Positions 26,540 through 38,330 of a stretch of DNA of 64,000 bases are shown here, piece after piece (the first letter of the stretch is position 1; each line of letters begins with the position of its first letter). A program made the position numbers and the translations under genes. The stretch comes from Sphyrna mokarran (lineage: Eukaryota), in contig JAGIQG010000011.1 of NCBI GenBank assembly GCA_024679065.1, positions 51,770,001-51,834,000 on the forward strand, given 5' to 3'. The notes under the pieces were generated by a model that was not told where the DNA came from, did not search any database, and saw only the letters and a list, made by a program, of their open reading frames with translations.

Positions 26540-27900
26540 GACAGAGTGGAGAGGAAACCCCTCAGGGGGGTTTGTTGAGAACATGAGTGCTGTATTTCCT
26601 GTTTCCCTTCATTGGGCAATTGGGCCAATAAGAACGAATTAGTAGATTTACTAAAAGGGGGAATAGATCTAATGCCTCTTCATTAGAATAAGAGCACATG
26701 ATAGTCAAATGCTATATCTCAAGCTCCTAATATCAGCAGAATATGCCAGCAATGTTTTTTACTTGTTCGATAAAACAGCCAATTCTAGAAGATTGCAGAA
26801 AAACTTTTGAGTGAATTTTTACTAACAAATCGACATAGGCAAGATTAGAATTTTAAAACAATATCATGTGTATAGACTAATAAAAGCAGTCTGTATCTGT
26901 GACTTGGGAGAGCTCACCCTGTTAGAGCTGTATTAGAGCTATGAGAGCTGTATTAGAGGAGCTATTTTAGAGTTTCTCTGGGGCAGATCCCACCGTGCTT
27001 AAATCATGAATAAATCGTGACCTGTGATTAGTTGGAAGAAGTCCACCATAACAATTAGGCACAGTCAGCAAGATATTCATGCTGGATCATTCAAACAGTT
27101 CTGAAAACAGGGTGGGTACATATTATATATAACTCAAGACAGGAAGTGCAAGTTGAGGAGGCAGAGCCATGCAGGGAGGTCAGACCACTTGATAAGCTGA
27201 GGAGGCAGAGGCGTGCTGGTGGATTAGTCAGGAAAGACAGTAGCCAAAGCCACATAGAGAAACCAGACCCCTAAAAGGACATCATATGTAAACAAGTTGA
27301 TAAGAGCCACCCAGGTTTGAAAATAAATTGTGCAGGGATGGGCAGTGATAGAATGCCGCCAGTAAAAGAAGAGAGTTCCATGAACTTCAATTGCAGAGCT
27401 GAGGGTTCAATCACAAGGTTCATAGAAGAACAACATCCCAGATTGTAGAGTAGTAAAAGCAAAGATAACAATGACTTTGGCATATTCCAGAATGTGGCTG
27501 ATAGACATAGTTTGACAACAGAAGACAAGGGCATCAGGAGCAAATGATGTCCTAGCAGTATTAGAAGAACGAGACAGAGATTACAAGTGTATCCTCGATA
27601 AGTTCTCTAAAGGAGTTCAGAAAGGAAACAATGAATTGGCGAAAGTCCAGAACAAGTTAGCCTACAGTGCACGTCTGTGTGCTTTAGAACTCAGTAAAAA
27701 AGTGCAAAGAGCTAAGGGAACTGTTAGGTAAGTTACAGAATGGAACTTATTGTTCAAGACAGATGTGCTCACTTGCAAGCAATCAATTACATTGGAAACA
27801 GCAGGCACATGATAAGATGTGTGCTGCTAAGAAAAAAACTACTGCTGTTAGATTAAAGATTGGAATAAGATATCAGTTTACAGTCAGAAAATACCAGACC
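26540..27900 (+). mobile_element. LTR-element relic: LTR ending at 27053, tRNA-Ser-like PBS, decayed purine-rich gag-like region
   Basis: AATAAA at about 27009, LTR end ...ATAACA, then TAGGCACAGTCAGCAAGAT (27056-27074), resembling TGGCGTAGTCGGCAGGAT. Left boundary uncertain. Confidence 0.5.
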
Positions 27901-28189
27901 AAGTGACATTGACATATCCAGGCAAGCAGAGTATGAACCGACATAAGGACGTCCCCTTGGATTTCAAATCCCCTTGGAGGTGAACTTCTTCCAACTAACC
28001 ATGATAGGGTGTTGATACCTGCTCCCCAAGGTTGTTGCTGGGAGTCCTACTCCATGAATCTGTTATCTTTCTGATGCAGCAGGGAGCCATTCTGCTGCTG
28101 CCAAATACCAACAGCCCTGTTAAATGGCCCTTAATAGGACCCTTAATTCTGCAAATCAATTGTCCATTTCCATGCAATAAGTAACCATT

Positions 28190-28310
28190 CAGTTCTGACA
28201 AAGGGCAATCCAGACTCGAAACATGGGCATTGTTCTCTCTCCACAGATGTTGTCAGACCTGCTGAGATTTTCGAGCATTTTCTGATTTTTGTTTCAGATT
28301 CCAGCATCTT
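28190..28310 (+). mobile_element. Penelope-like terminal fragment with a decayed hammerhead core
   Basis: CTGACAA-AGGGCAATCCAGACTC-GAAAC followed by CTCTCTCCACAGATG..GTCAGACCTGCTGAG. Related copies at 24852-24945 (-) and 60820-60960 (+). Confidence 0.6.
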
Positions 28311-28984
28311 GCTTTTCCCTTAGCCATTCCCTTAGCCATCTTGCAGCCTGGTCCAGCTGCTGGGGAACATCCCCTGTGGCTAAATATGTAGGATTACAAA
28401 TATAACAATTATAATTGTAATAGGATTGTAAGACACAAGAACACATAGAGACAATCAAACTCTCTCCATTCCATGTGGGTTTGTTTGGAGCTGAGACCAG
28501 AAATGTAGTTAGTCAATGTCCAGTAATGTTGTTGCAGTAGTGTGGAATTTGCGTATTACGAGCAAAGTTGATGAAAGAAGAAAGATGTAACCACGAGAGT
28601 ACAAGCCCTTTTTCAGATCTACATTTATATCCAGAATGGAAATTGCTCTAGGGCAGCTTTGGCTATTTTTGGTCAAATGTTTTATGAGCGTTCCTATCCA
28701 CTTTGAAGCCACTATCTCTTACACATGGAAATGAATCAATGCAGTACTGCCCAGATATACAAGTCGAATGCTTGTTGGCCACAATTAGCATATGAATTTA
28801 AAAGGCCGTTTCCTGACAAGCAACAAGCAATGCAACTAATGTAGGAAAGCTTCTTTTTTTCTTCAGTTACTGGACTTGAAAGGCTACGCTGTGCTGTCCA
28901 TATTGTGCTTTTTTTGGATGGCATGTTGGTTAGTTTTGCTAGAATAAATTATCTGGTCTCCAATATTACCAAATAACCATTAAA

Positions 28985-29352
28985 AGAGCTTCCACTAACA
29001 TGAATGGAATGTTCCAAAGCACTTCATCAATATATTAGTTCTGAAATAGTTACAATTGCGGTATAGGTAACAGTCAATTTTGTGCACAGCAAAATCCTCA
29101 GGCAGAAATTGGATGAATGACCAGATTTAAGTAACACTGGTTAAGGAAAAAATATTGCCCTGGTGATCAGGGAAAATTCCCCTGGTCTTCTTCAATCATA
29201 CCCTGATATCATTTACATATACCTGAAAAGGCAGTTGGGACCCCAGTTTAATGTCTTATCCAAAAGATTGACTATGCTTAAGTATTGCACTGAAGTATCA
29301 GCCATAAATATCTCAGGAGAGGGTCTTGCACTTGCAACCTTCTGACTCAGAT
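28985..29352 (-). mobile_element. SacSINE1/DeuSINE-like element
   Basis: Diagnostic segments CAATTTTGTGCACAGCAA, TCCCCTGGTCTTCTTCAA and AACCTTCTGACTCAGA, shared with the other copies. Confidence 0.7.
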
Positions 29353-30051
29353 GCTACAAGAGTTGAAATTTTTGTTGTCAATATAAAAAAAATGCCTTTA
29401 CACCGTTTATTTGCTACCAATCTAATCTGGCTGCAAAACAGCCAAAATGCTTCATATTTCCAAATGCAGTATACTTGAAAATTGCCCTATGTCGGTGTCA
29501 TTAAAAATAGAGATAGTTAACACACTGAATATAAAAATAATATCTAGTTGTTGACTAACTGGCACTAAATTATGCAAATGTGTCCTTTTAATATACTTAG
29601 CACGCTTATGTCGATGTTCAGTACGGAGGATAAAATACACCAGTAACCTTGTGAATAGAGGTGAGTTGGATTGTTGTCATTGCTAATTATTGCAAAGCAT
29701 CCTTGACAGTATCAAGCTCTTTGTAATGTAATACTAGCTCCTACACAATCTCTGATGACTAATCAACACCCATTTACATTTGCTGTACACTTTGTTGTAT
29801 GACAGGCTTGCTTCCAAAGGATTCTCACACACGATCTGCTGTCCCATGATGTTGATTTTACAAGTGCAGGGCTTGGTTATGTCAAGGCTGGAAAATGGTG
29901 TAAGGGTGTGACTTGCCTACTTCACTCAGCCAATTTGCAACTACCTGGGGGGCTGCCTAGAACTTAATGGGAGGATTGCATTTGGGAGAATTGGGGGTTT
30001 TAACATGGGCAGACAGATGCAATCTCAATTAATGTGGGACGGCTGAGTTAA

Positions 30052-30390
30052 TTTTTTTGTTTATTCATTCATAAGGTGTGGATGTCACAGGCTGGGCTAG
30101 CATTTATTGCCTATCCCCGAAGGCATTTAAGAGTCAACAACTCTAGTGTGGATTTGAAGTCACACATAGGCCAGATGGGGTAAGAATGACAGATTTCCTT
30201 CCCTGAAGGACATTAGTAACCAGATTTGTTTTTAAGGCAATTGACAATGGTTTCATGTAGACTTTTAATTCCAGATTTTTATTGAATTAAAATTTCTTCG
30301 CCTGCCATGGTGGGATTTGAACATGGGTTCCCAGAGAATTATTCTGGCTCTCTGGATTACTAATCCGGTGATAATGCCATTATGCCACTA
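30052..30390 (-). mobile_element. tRNA-derived SINE whose 3' tail matches the LINE at 2240-3880
   Basis: Head GTGGCATAATGGCATTATCACCGGATTAGTAATCCAGAGA...GTTCAAATCCCACCATGGCAG. Tail GGGATAGGCAATAAATGCTAGCCCAGCCTGTGACATCCACAC. Partial copy at 31950-32165. Confidence 0.75.
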
Positions 30391-30628
30391 TCTCCCCATA
30401 ACGTCTTAAGTTGGCTACATTTTTTAATGTGTGGTTTTGGACAATCAACAACTAACAGGCAGACAATGGCCATGAATATCCCCATGCTCAACAGTGGCAG
30501 AGCTCAATACATCAGAACAGAAAACAAGGCTGAAGAGAAGTGCTGAGTGAATGATTTTGGTTTCCTCTTGAGATTTCCACCATCACAGAAGCCATTCTTC
30601 AGCCAATTTGAATCACTACATATGATAT

Positions 30629-30932
30629 AGGCAGCACTGCTGCCTCACAGTGTCAGGGACCTGGGTTTGATTCCCAGCTTGGGTCACTATTTGTCTGGAG
30701 TTTGCACATTCTCCTGGTGTCTGTGTGGGTTTCTTCTCAGTGCTCCAGTTTCCCACCACAGTCCAAAGATGTACAGTTTGGGTGGATTAGCCATACCAAA
30801 TTGCCCCTGAGTAACAGGGGGACTGGCTAGGGTAAATGCATGGGATTATGTGGATAGGATCTAGATGAGATTGTGATTGGCGCAGCCTTGATGGGCCAAA
30901 AGGTCTCCTTTTGCACTGTAGGGATTCTATAA
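30629..30932 (+). mobile_element. HE1-type V-SINE
   Basis: Head CACTGCTGCCTCACAGTGTCAGGGACCTGGGTTTGATTCC, V-core, tail GCACTGTAGGGATTCTAT. Confidence 0.9.
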
Positions 30933-31434
30933 TAGGATGTTCAATAGCCATGGATGAGGAATTGCAGATGAAAGTGATCATATGATGGAGAGAAGATCAT
31001 CGATGAAGCAGCTGAAGATGATTGAGCTTCTAGGACACTATCCCGTTGAACTTCTCCAGGGCTGAGATGATAGGCTCCCAACAACCACAACCTTCCTTTT
31101 TCTTAGCTATCACTCAATCAGGGAAAGTTTTCATTGATTCAATTGTACTTGGCTTCTTTACTTTTACTTTGTTCCTTGATGCCACACTTGGCTAAATGCT
31201 GCCTTAATGTCGCAACCAGTTACTCAAACTCAACTCTGAACAAAAGTTGTATTGAGATCTGCAGCTGTGTGATTCTGACCAAATCTAAACTGAGCATCAA
31301 TGAGCAGGTTATTGCTGAATAAGTGCCACCTGATGCCACTGTCAGTGGCCTTGTCCATCATTTTGCTGACGATTGAGAGCAGACTAATGAAGTGACCCCC
31401 TTCCCACGGCACCTTCCCATGAAACTGCAGAAGG

Positions 31435-31915
31435 TGAAACCAGGCAAATTCCTGGGATGAGAGAGCTAGCCTATCAGGAAAGACTAAATAGTCTGGCTTT
31501 ATATTCCTTGGAGTTTAGAAGAGTGAGGCCTGACCTTATTAAAACTTATAAGATTCTGAAGGACTTGACAGGGTAGGTGGTGAGATGTTTTCACTACCTG
31601 GAGTCTCAAACAAGGGACATAGCTACAAGATAAAGGGCCGATCATTTAAAACTGAGGATGTGTACAAAATTCTTCCTGCTGAGTGTGACGAATCTCTGAA
31701 ATTCTCTGTCCCAAGGGGTGGTGGAGTCTGAAACATTACAAATATTTAAAGTGGAGGTGGATAAATATTTTATAGATAAAGGAATAGAAAGCAATGGGAA
31801 ATGGTACAGAAAAGGAGTTGAGGCTGACCTAGATCAACCATAATCATATTGAATGGTGGGGCAGACGTGAAGAACCGGGTGGCCTCCTCCTGCTTCTACT
31901 TTTTGAGTTATTGTA
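31435..31915 (+). mobile_element. Degenerate CR1 3' region
   Basis: RLNSLALYSLEFRRVRPDLIKTYKILK motif and CR1 3' hairpin GGCCTCCTCCTGCT. Confidence 0.8.
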
Positions 31916-32189
31916 ATTGATTTGCTTAATAAATTTAGAGAGTAGCTAAGCAAAACTACATTGCTATGAGTCTAGAGTCATGTATAGGCCAGACCAGGTT
32001 AGGATGGCAGATTTCCTTTTCCACAGGTTATTAATAAACCAACTTGTTATTTTGACAATCTGGTAGTTACATTGTCATAATTACTGATGCTAGCTTTTTA
32101 TTCCAGATTTATTTAGTTAATTAACTTAATTTAAATTCCCCAGCTGTCATGATGGAATTTGCATTCTAACTTTCCAACCTGTTCACAGC

Positions 32190-32640
32190 AGGGAGGCCCA
32201 GCAGTGTGTCAGAAATCTAGAAATTTCAGCGGCAATTTTGTCAGTGACTTCTTTAATGCATTTGCATCTGACCTCCATGTTTCCTGAATAATTGCACTGA
32301 ACGGATGTGATGACAGTCTGCAGCAATGCCTCTTAGTTGAAGCACTTAAAGAAACCATGGGAGCATGATGGAGGTTGTCAGGCAGGAACACAAGTTTCAG
32401 AAATGGAGGTTCAATTGAATAAGATAGATCTGCAATTCACATGGTATACTGATGTGGGTTGTAAGGATCTGAGGGGAGATTCTATAACCTGTTGACGAGA
32501 GGAAGAAACCTGTCTCTAAAAACAAATGGGCATGGCTGGAAATTGAGGAGTAGGTCAGCAGTGTCTCCATTTCTTGGCCCAAGACTGGAAAGTGGCTCCA
32601 TGTTCAAATCATATGGCTCACGTGGGCACTGTTCATCTCC
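32190..32640 (+). mobile_element. Harbinger-type Myb/SANT ORF relic
   Basis: Decayed RGEIL*PVDERKKPVSKNKWAWLEIEE*VSSVS (about 32470-32570), resembling the Myb/SANT-like domains of PIF/Harbinger. Confidence 0.5.
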
Positions 32641-35600
32641 CATCTGACAACCAGCATCCTATTCCAGTATTCCAATCCTGGTGTCCCAACTGTTTGATAG
32701 TGACATCATGAGTGGACCACTCCCAAACAACCTCCATCTACCCCCATACACCCACACACACACACACAATCTAATCAACCTTTTTCAGTGACCTCACCCA
32801 TTCTGCTGATTAGACTGCTCCCAGTCACGTTCCTTTCCATCAGACTCCTTTCCCAATTATATTCCTTTCCCATGTACTGACTTAGCTATCATCTTTCTAC
32901 TAGTGAGCGATGCCTGTGAATACTGAGTGCCTGCAACTCTGCTCCCTCATTGGAATGAGTCCTGGGGTATCAAATGCACCTTAAGCCTATGTCTTCAATT
33001 GTAGTGATTGTTGCCTATGCCCACTTCATCTCCTCTAGTCTTTCTGGGAGACAAGTGTGGAAAGAAAGCACCATCTAGTCATTACTTTCTGTTCCTGTTC
33101 AAATCAAACCTAGGTTGGTGACAAATGTCTTTTCATTGGATTCTCATAGTGTGTATTTAATGGACGTTTGTACAGTAATTCATTGTTGTAATGTATGATC
33201 TCCATTTCCACTTTATAAAAATAACAGATTATTTATAACATTTAAAATTATCAGTTTTGCACACACATGCTAGAGTGAGGAATGAAAGAGTGAAGTCCAT
33301 GTTGGCAGGATTAGTCTGACTGCTTCAACAAAAGGATGGGGCTTTATTAATTACAAGACATATGTTTGCAATGACACTGATAGACCATGTTTGTCTGCAA
33401 GGCTCCCAGTTGCATTTGAAAGGTGTAAGGTTGTAACGTACATAAATAATTTAATCATTCAGCCTATAGTTCAAAAGCAAAGCACATAATTTGCCAGAAT
33501 CAGTGGTGATGTCAAGCCAAGGTTCGTCTTTAAACTTGGAGGCAGTTTAATCCTTTCTCTTTTCTAAAAATTTCCATTTCATAGCTCTTTGATCACCAGT
33601 AAATGCACTCAAGCTTTGTGGCATGGGCACTATCAAAAACAATAATAGGCTCTGTTCAGGGATACAGAAAAATCAAATTTATCTGTGTCATTCCTTAAGA
33701 ATGAAGCAATGCTTTCAAATGCCAGATGTATTGTATATTTTGTGCCAACATAAAATAGTTTTGGTTTTGTTCTGGTTTAGTTAAGTTGCTTAATTTGAAT
33801 TGTTGAATAATTCAATATTTTTATTGCAAAAGTGCTTTAAGCTATGAGGAACAGCTTATTGTAGGAATTTTGCCTTCTGACCACATTTTTTCTTTATTCT
33901 AAGGTTATGAGAGACCATGAGATGTGCTTTCAGTCATGTGTTGGGCTTTGAATACTGCCCTGGGCATTCTTAATCACTTCTTGAAGTAACACTGGCAGAT
34001 CCAGACTGGGCACTGGATCTCTGCCCATCCCTGAAAGAAGATGGAAGAAAAGTAACCAGATCATGGCACAAAATACATTGTAGAAAAATGGCAGTAATCC
34101 TGTTCCTGACATGTGTACACCTAAATAACTTAAAAATCCTTGCAGGATTTGAAAGATTTAAGCAAATCCCACATAATTGTATTGGATAAAATGTAACTGT
34201 TCGAGGATTTATTCTTTATTTTATCAGCTTTAATTGGATTTTTGAAGATAAATATGAAATCTTAAGGAGTTTTAAGTTTCAGAAGTACTAAAAGTCTGAG
34301 GATGAAATTTTATCAGTGGCAAGCTGTTCCTGATGGCAGAATTGAAAATGGGCATTCTTTTTGCTCTCTTGCCTTTTTTCTCACGTGATTACAATTAAAA
34401 TGTGAAGTACCAGCAGTGTGCACAGGAGACTTGTGTGATTCCACAGCAGGGGAAGCTGTACAATGGTGAAAGCTACTGTCAGCTAACAATGCTGCAGATC
34501 CAGGCAGTCTATAAAAAAACTTCCTGCTTAAACAGAGAGAACCTGTATCACAGCCAAAGCTTTCCTGCCCAACTCCACTGCCTTTAACATAAAATAAACA
34601 CAAAGATGGTACGGATGTTTTCTCAAATTTAAATTTCACTTGTAAACATTTTGTGTTACATTGGTTTCACTTCATGCATGTGTGCATCATCATTATTTGT
34701 TGAGGTTAGCTTAGTCAGACATCTAAATATATTGGCATGCCTCATGGTTGATAGGTATTGATAGTCACAGAGAAGTTAGGGGTATATCCTTTATTGTTAA
34801 CTATTTATTGAATGTTCCTGTTAGTTGTACACACCGCTCCATGAGACATAGCTAACTTGCTGTGTCAGTTAACCGCCCTTTCTACACAGAGGACATTGTG
34901 CAAGATCACACTCAGTGGGAGTAATTTAAATGTCGTAAGTGAGATCAAAGTCCTATAAGGACTCTGTCAGTCAACACCCTGAAAAAGATCAGCAATAGGA
35001 CAATACTGACCCTGCCTATCAGGGTCCTCAATTTCTTACCTTGACTGACAGCCGCCACCACCTCTCCACTGCACCCAGGATGCCAGGTCCTTCCCACTTC
35101 ACTCCTCCATGCCCCCAAACCCACCCTCTTTCCTCCCTTGGATCTCACTTCTATTCCTCCACTCCAATTCTTTCAACCCCACTACCAACCACTTCACCCT
35201 TGTCTCACCCTGGCCTGACCCCAAGCCTCTATGCCATTCTCCTGTTCCCCTCCACTGTGCCACAGAGAACAGCAAGGAATACCACTGACCATGGACACAA
35301 CTGCAAAAGCAGTACAACACCTTTACGTGACTATGAACTGGGCACCATGAAATTTTGGTGCAATGTTTTTCTTTGTCATGAAGGTAGGACACAATTGAAA
35401 ACAATTTTAATGAGAATTAATTGCATGCGTTCATTTCACTTGCATGCAAATATATTACACCCATAAATCCACCACAGGATGGTGTGAAGCACTGATACAC
35501 TGCTGCCTTAATCTTTGCATCCCAACCCGTCATTGGGAAAATGAAATTTCGCATCCTGCCTAACAGTCATTCCAAAACTCACATTTCCTGCTCTTGTGGG

Positions 35601-36564
35601 CTCTATTAAAGCCCACCACCCTTTGACTTTCTAATCATTTTTAGTGATATGCTCTAATTTTAGCACAGAAATTGAAAAGTTTTCTTTGCATAAGTTAATA
35701 TCTAATAAGCAAGTTGAACAAAAGAGGAGAACCCAAAATTTAGTCACTTTTAGCATTGCATTCCCTCCAATTAAATGAACCACTTTAGCAATGAATTCCT
35801 GTTCGATGAATCATTTTTGTACACTTGCTGCCTAAATGTTTCTGACTGACTTTCTGTGTTGGGTGCCACATGACAGACAATAGGGTCAAAACCTGATCGA
35901 ATCATTTTAGTTATTAACACATTTTAGTTTATAAACATCATGAAGAGCTGTCACTTTTTAGGATTTGTTTGACTAATTGGCCACAGGAGGCTCTTAGCAC
36001 GACTTATATTAAAATGTTTCTAAATCAGATAAATTTAACTAGCAAAGAAATTAAATCCACACAACATGTTAGGGTTACAAATTTGGTCCAGAGAAAGCTT
36101 TTATCATTTCAATTTAATGCCTTAGAAGTTATTTGGACACTTCAATAAACATTCACTATTATCTTGGGATGGACCATCTGTATGAGTCCAGCAGTCAGTA
36201 GTTCACAGACAACATTCATCTTGAAAGATGATAGTCAGTTTGACTAGCTGCCCAACTAGCTAAAAGCTGGAAGTGGACAAGAGGAGAAAGATTAGTGATC
36301 AAGCATTGACTTCCTGTCTCACACATAAAGAAACACACAGTCCACCAAATTGAGCTTCCTGGCACTGCTGTCTCGGTGATACGGAAGCCCAAGGGACTAA
36401 TAATTGTGGCAGATCCACTTCTAGCCACGTTTGCCATGGCCTGCATTAATTGTCATTCTTGGGAGGCGGATACTGTACTAAAGCATGGGAAGATTGTGAT
36501 TTGAGGTAGCATTCAATACTGTTTCGGTGTCTGACTTTGCTGGTCCTCTTAAAGCCCTCCCTTA

Positions 36565-36835
36565 TTATTGATACATGTATGAGTATACAGTGAAACATAT
36601 TGTTTCTTGCATGCTACACAGATAAGGCATACCATTCATAGAGAAGAAAAGGAGAGAATGCAGAATGTAGGGTTACAATCATAATTAGGGTGTAGAGAAA
36701 GATCAAATTAATGCAAGGTGGGTCCATTCAAAAGTCTAATGGCAGCAGGGAAGAGGCTATTCTTGAGACGGTTGGTACATATCCTCAGACTTTTGTATCT
36801 TTTTCCTGATGGAAGAAGGTGGAAGAGAGAATGTG
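36565..36835 (-). mobile_element. Rex1/Babar LINE 3' fragment
   Basis: Minus-strand LFHLLPSGKRYKSLRICTNRLKNSLFPAAIRLLN, the typical Rex1 ORF C-terminus. Confidence 0.8.
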
Positions 36836-37377
36836 CAGCTAAATATACATTCCCCTAGTAGTAGGAGAGATGAATGCTGAAGGGAAGAGATCCCTGAGGG
36901 AAGGGGCACATGATCTACCTATTGAAATGATCAGTGTCATTGAAAGAATGGTGATGTTTTAAGAATTAAAATTTGTAATGGGGCAAGAGTAAGGAATTCA
37001 AACATAACCAGATTAAATTTTTATGTTTTGGTGATGCAATCTTATCCAATTTTCGATTTTTTAAATAAAATTTGCTAACTATACAGCAAGTAAAGGTATA
37101 AAGCATGTTACATTTTAGAAAACCGTCTCTTATGTTACAAAATGTGGAAAATTGCACACTGGAAAATTGATCTAGATTTTGCAACACAGTTTTGTGGGAT
37201 ATTCCAATGAAAATTGTACATTATACCGCATTGTCCGTTTCTTGTTTTGATTCGATATAGCAATCGAATTTTTAAAAGTGAAGATATTTTCCCTTTGTTC
37301 TCTTTGTAGTTTCAATTCTGCCCCTTCCCCGCTCTAAGGAACTGGCATGCTGCTACAGTATTTTTCGAGTATCTATT

Positions 37378-38171
37378 CATAGAACATAGAACATTACAGC
37401 GCAGAACAGGCCCTTCGGCCTTCGATGTTGCGCCGACCAATTAAGAAAAAGCAATGATCCTCTAACCTAAACCATTCCCTTTTCGTCCATAAACTTATCT
37501 ACTAACCTCTTAAACGCCACCAAACTTGGCGCATCTACAACTGCAGCAGGCAGGGCATTCCATACCCTTATCACCCTCTGGGTAAAGAACCTACCTCTGA
37601 CATCCGTCCTATAACTATCACCCCTTAATTTAAAGCTATGTCCCCTCGTGCTAGCTTTCTCCATCCTAGGAAAAAGGCTATCACTGTCCACCCTATCTAA
37701 ACCTCTAATCATCTTATATGTTTCAATAAGGTCTCCTCTTAGCCGCCTCCTTTCTAACGAAAACAACCTCAAATCCCTCAGCCTCTCTTCATAAGACCTG
37801 CCCTCCATACCAGGCAACATCCTGGTAAACCTCCTCTGTACCCTCTCCAATGCCTCCACATCTTTCTTATAATGCGGGGACCAGAACTGCACACAATACT
37901 CCAAGTGCGGCCGCACTAGAGTTTTGTACAGTTGCAACATGACGTTGCGGCTCCGAAATTCAATCCCCCTACCAATAAAAGCTAAGACTCCATATGCCTT
38001 CTCAACAACCTTATCGACTTGATTGCCAACTTTCAGGGATCTATTAACATATACACCAAGATCCCTCTGTTCATCAACACTATTGAGTGTCCTACCATTA
38101 GCCTTATACTCTACACATTTGTTATTCCTGCCAAAGTGAATTACCTCACACTTTTCCACATTAAACTCCAT
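37378..38171 (-). mobile_element. Young 5'-truncated CR1 LINE with an uninterrupted 234-aa ORF2 C-terminus
   Basis: ORF 37467-38171 (MEFNVEKCEVIHFG...RPHLEYCVQFWSP...WNALP). Retained CpGs, 3' hairpin and (GTTCTAT)n tail. Confidence 0.95.
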
Positions 38172-38330
38172 TCTTCATTAGTGAACTTAGCATTGAATGT
38201 TGGTTAACTCCACCGCCACGGAAAAAAAATCACAGCTAAAGCCTATTTTGTCTAGCTAGCCTGATTGATTTTCCCCTCTGAAGCTTAGAATCCAACTCTA
38301 ACCAAACCGGACTGAAATCAATTAATTAAA

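Noticed and set aside
34698-34976. Possible solo LTR (TGTTGA...TCAACA)
   Set aside because: No target-site duplication and an ambiguous left boundary; too weak to call.
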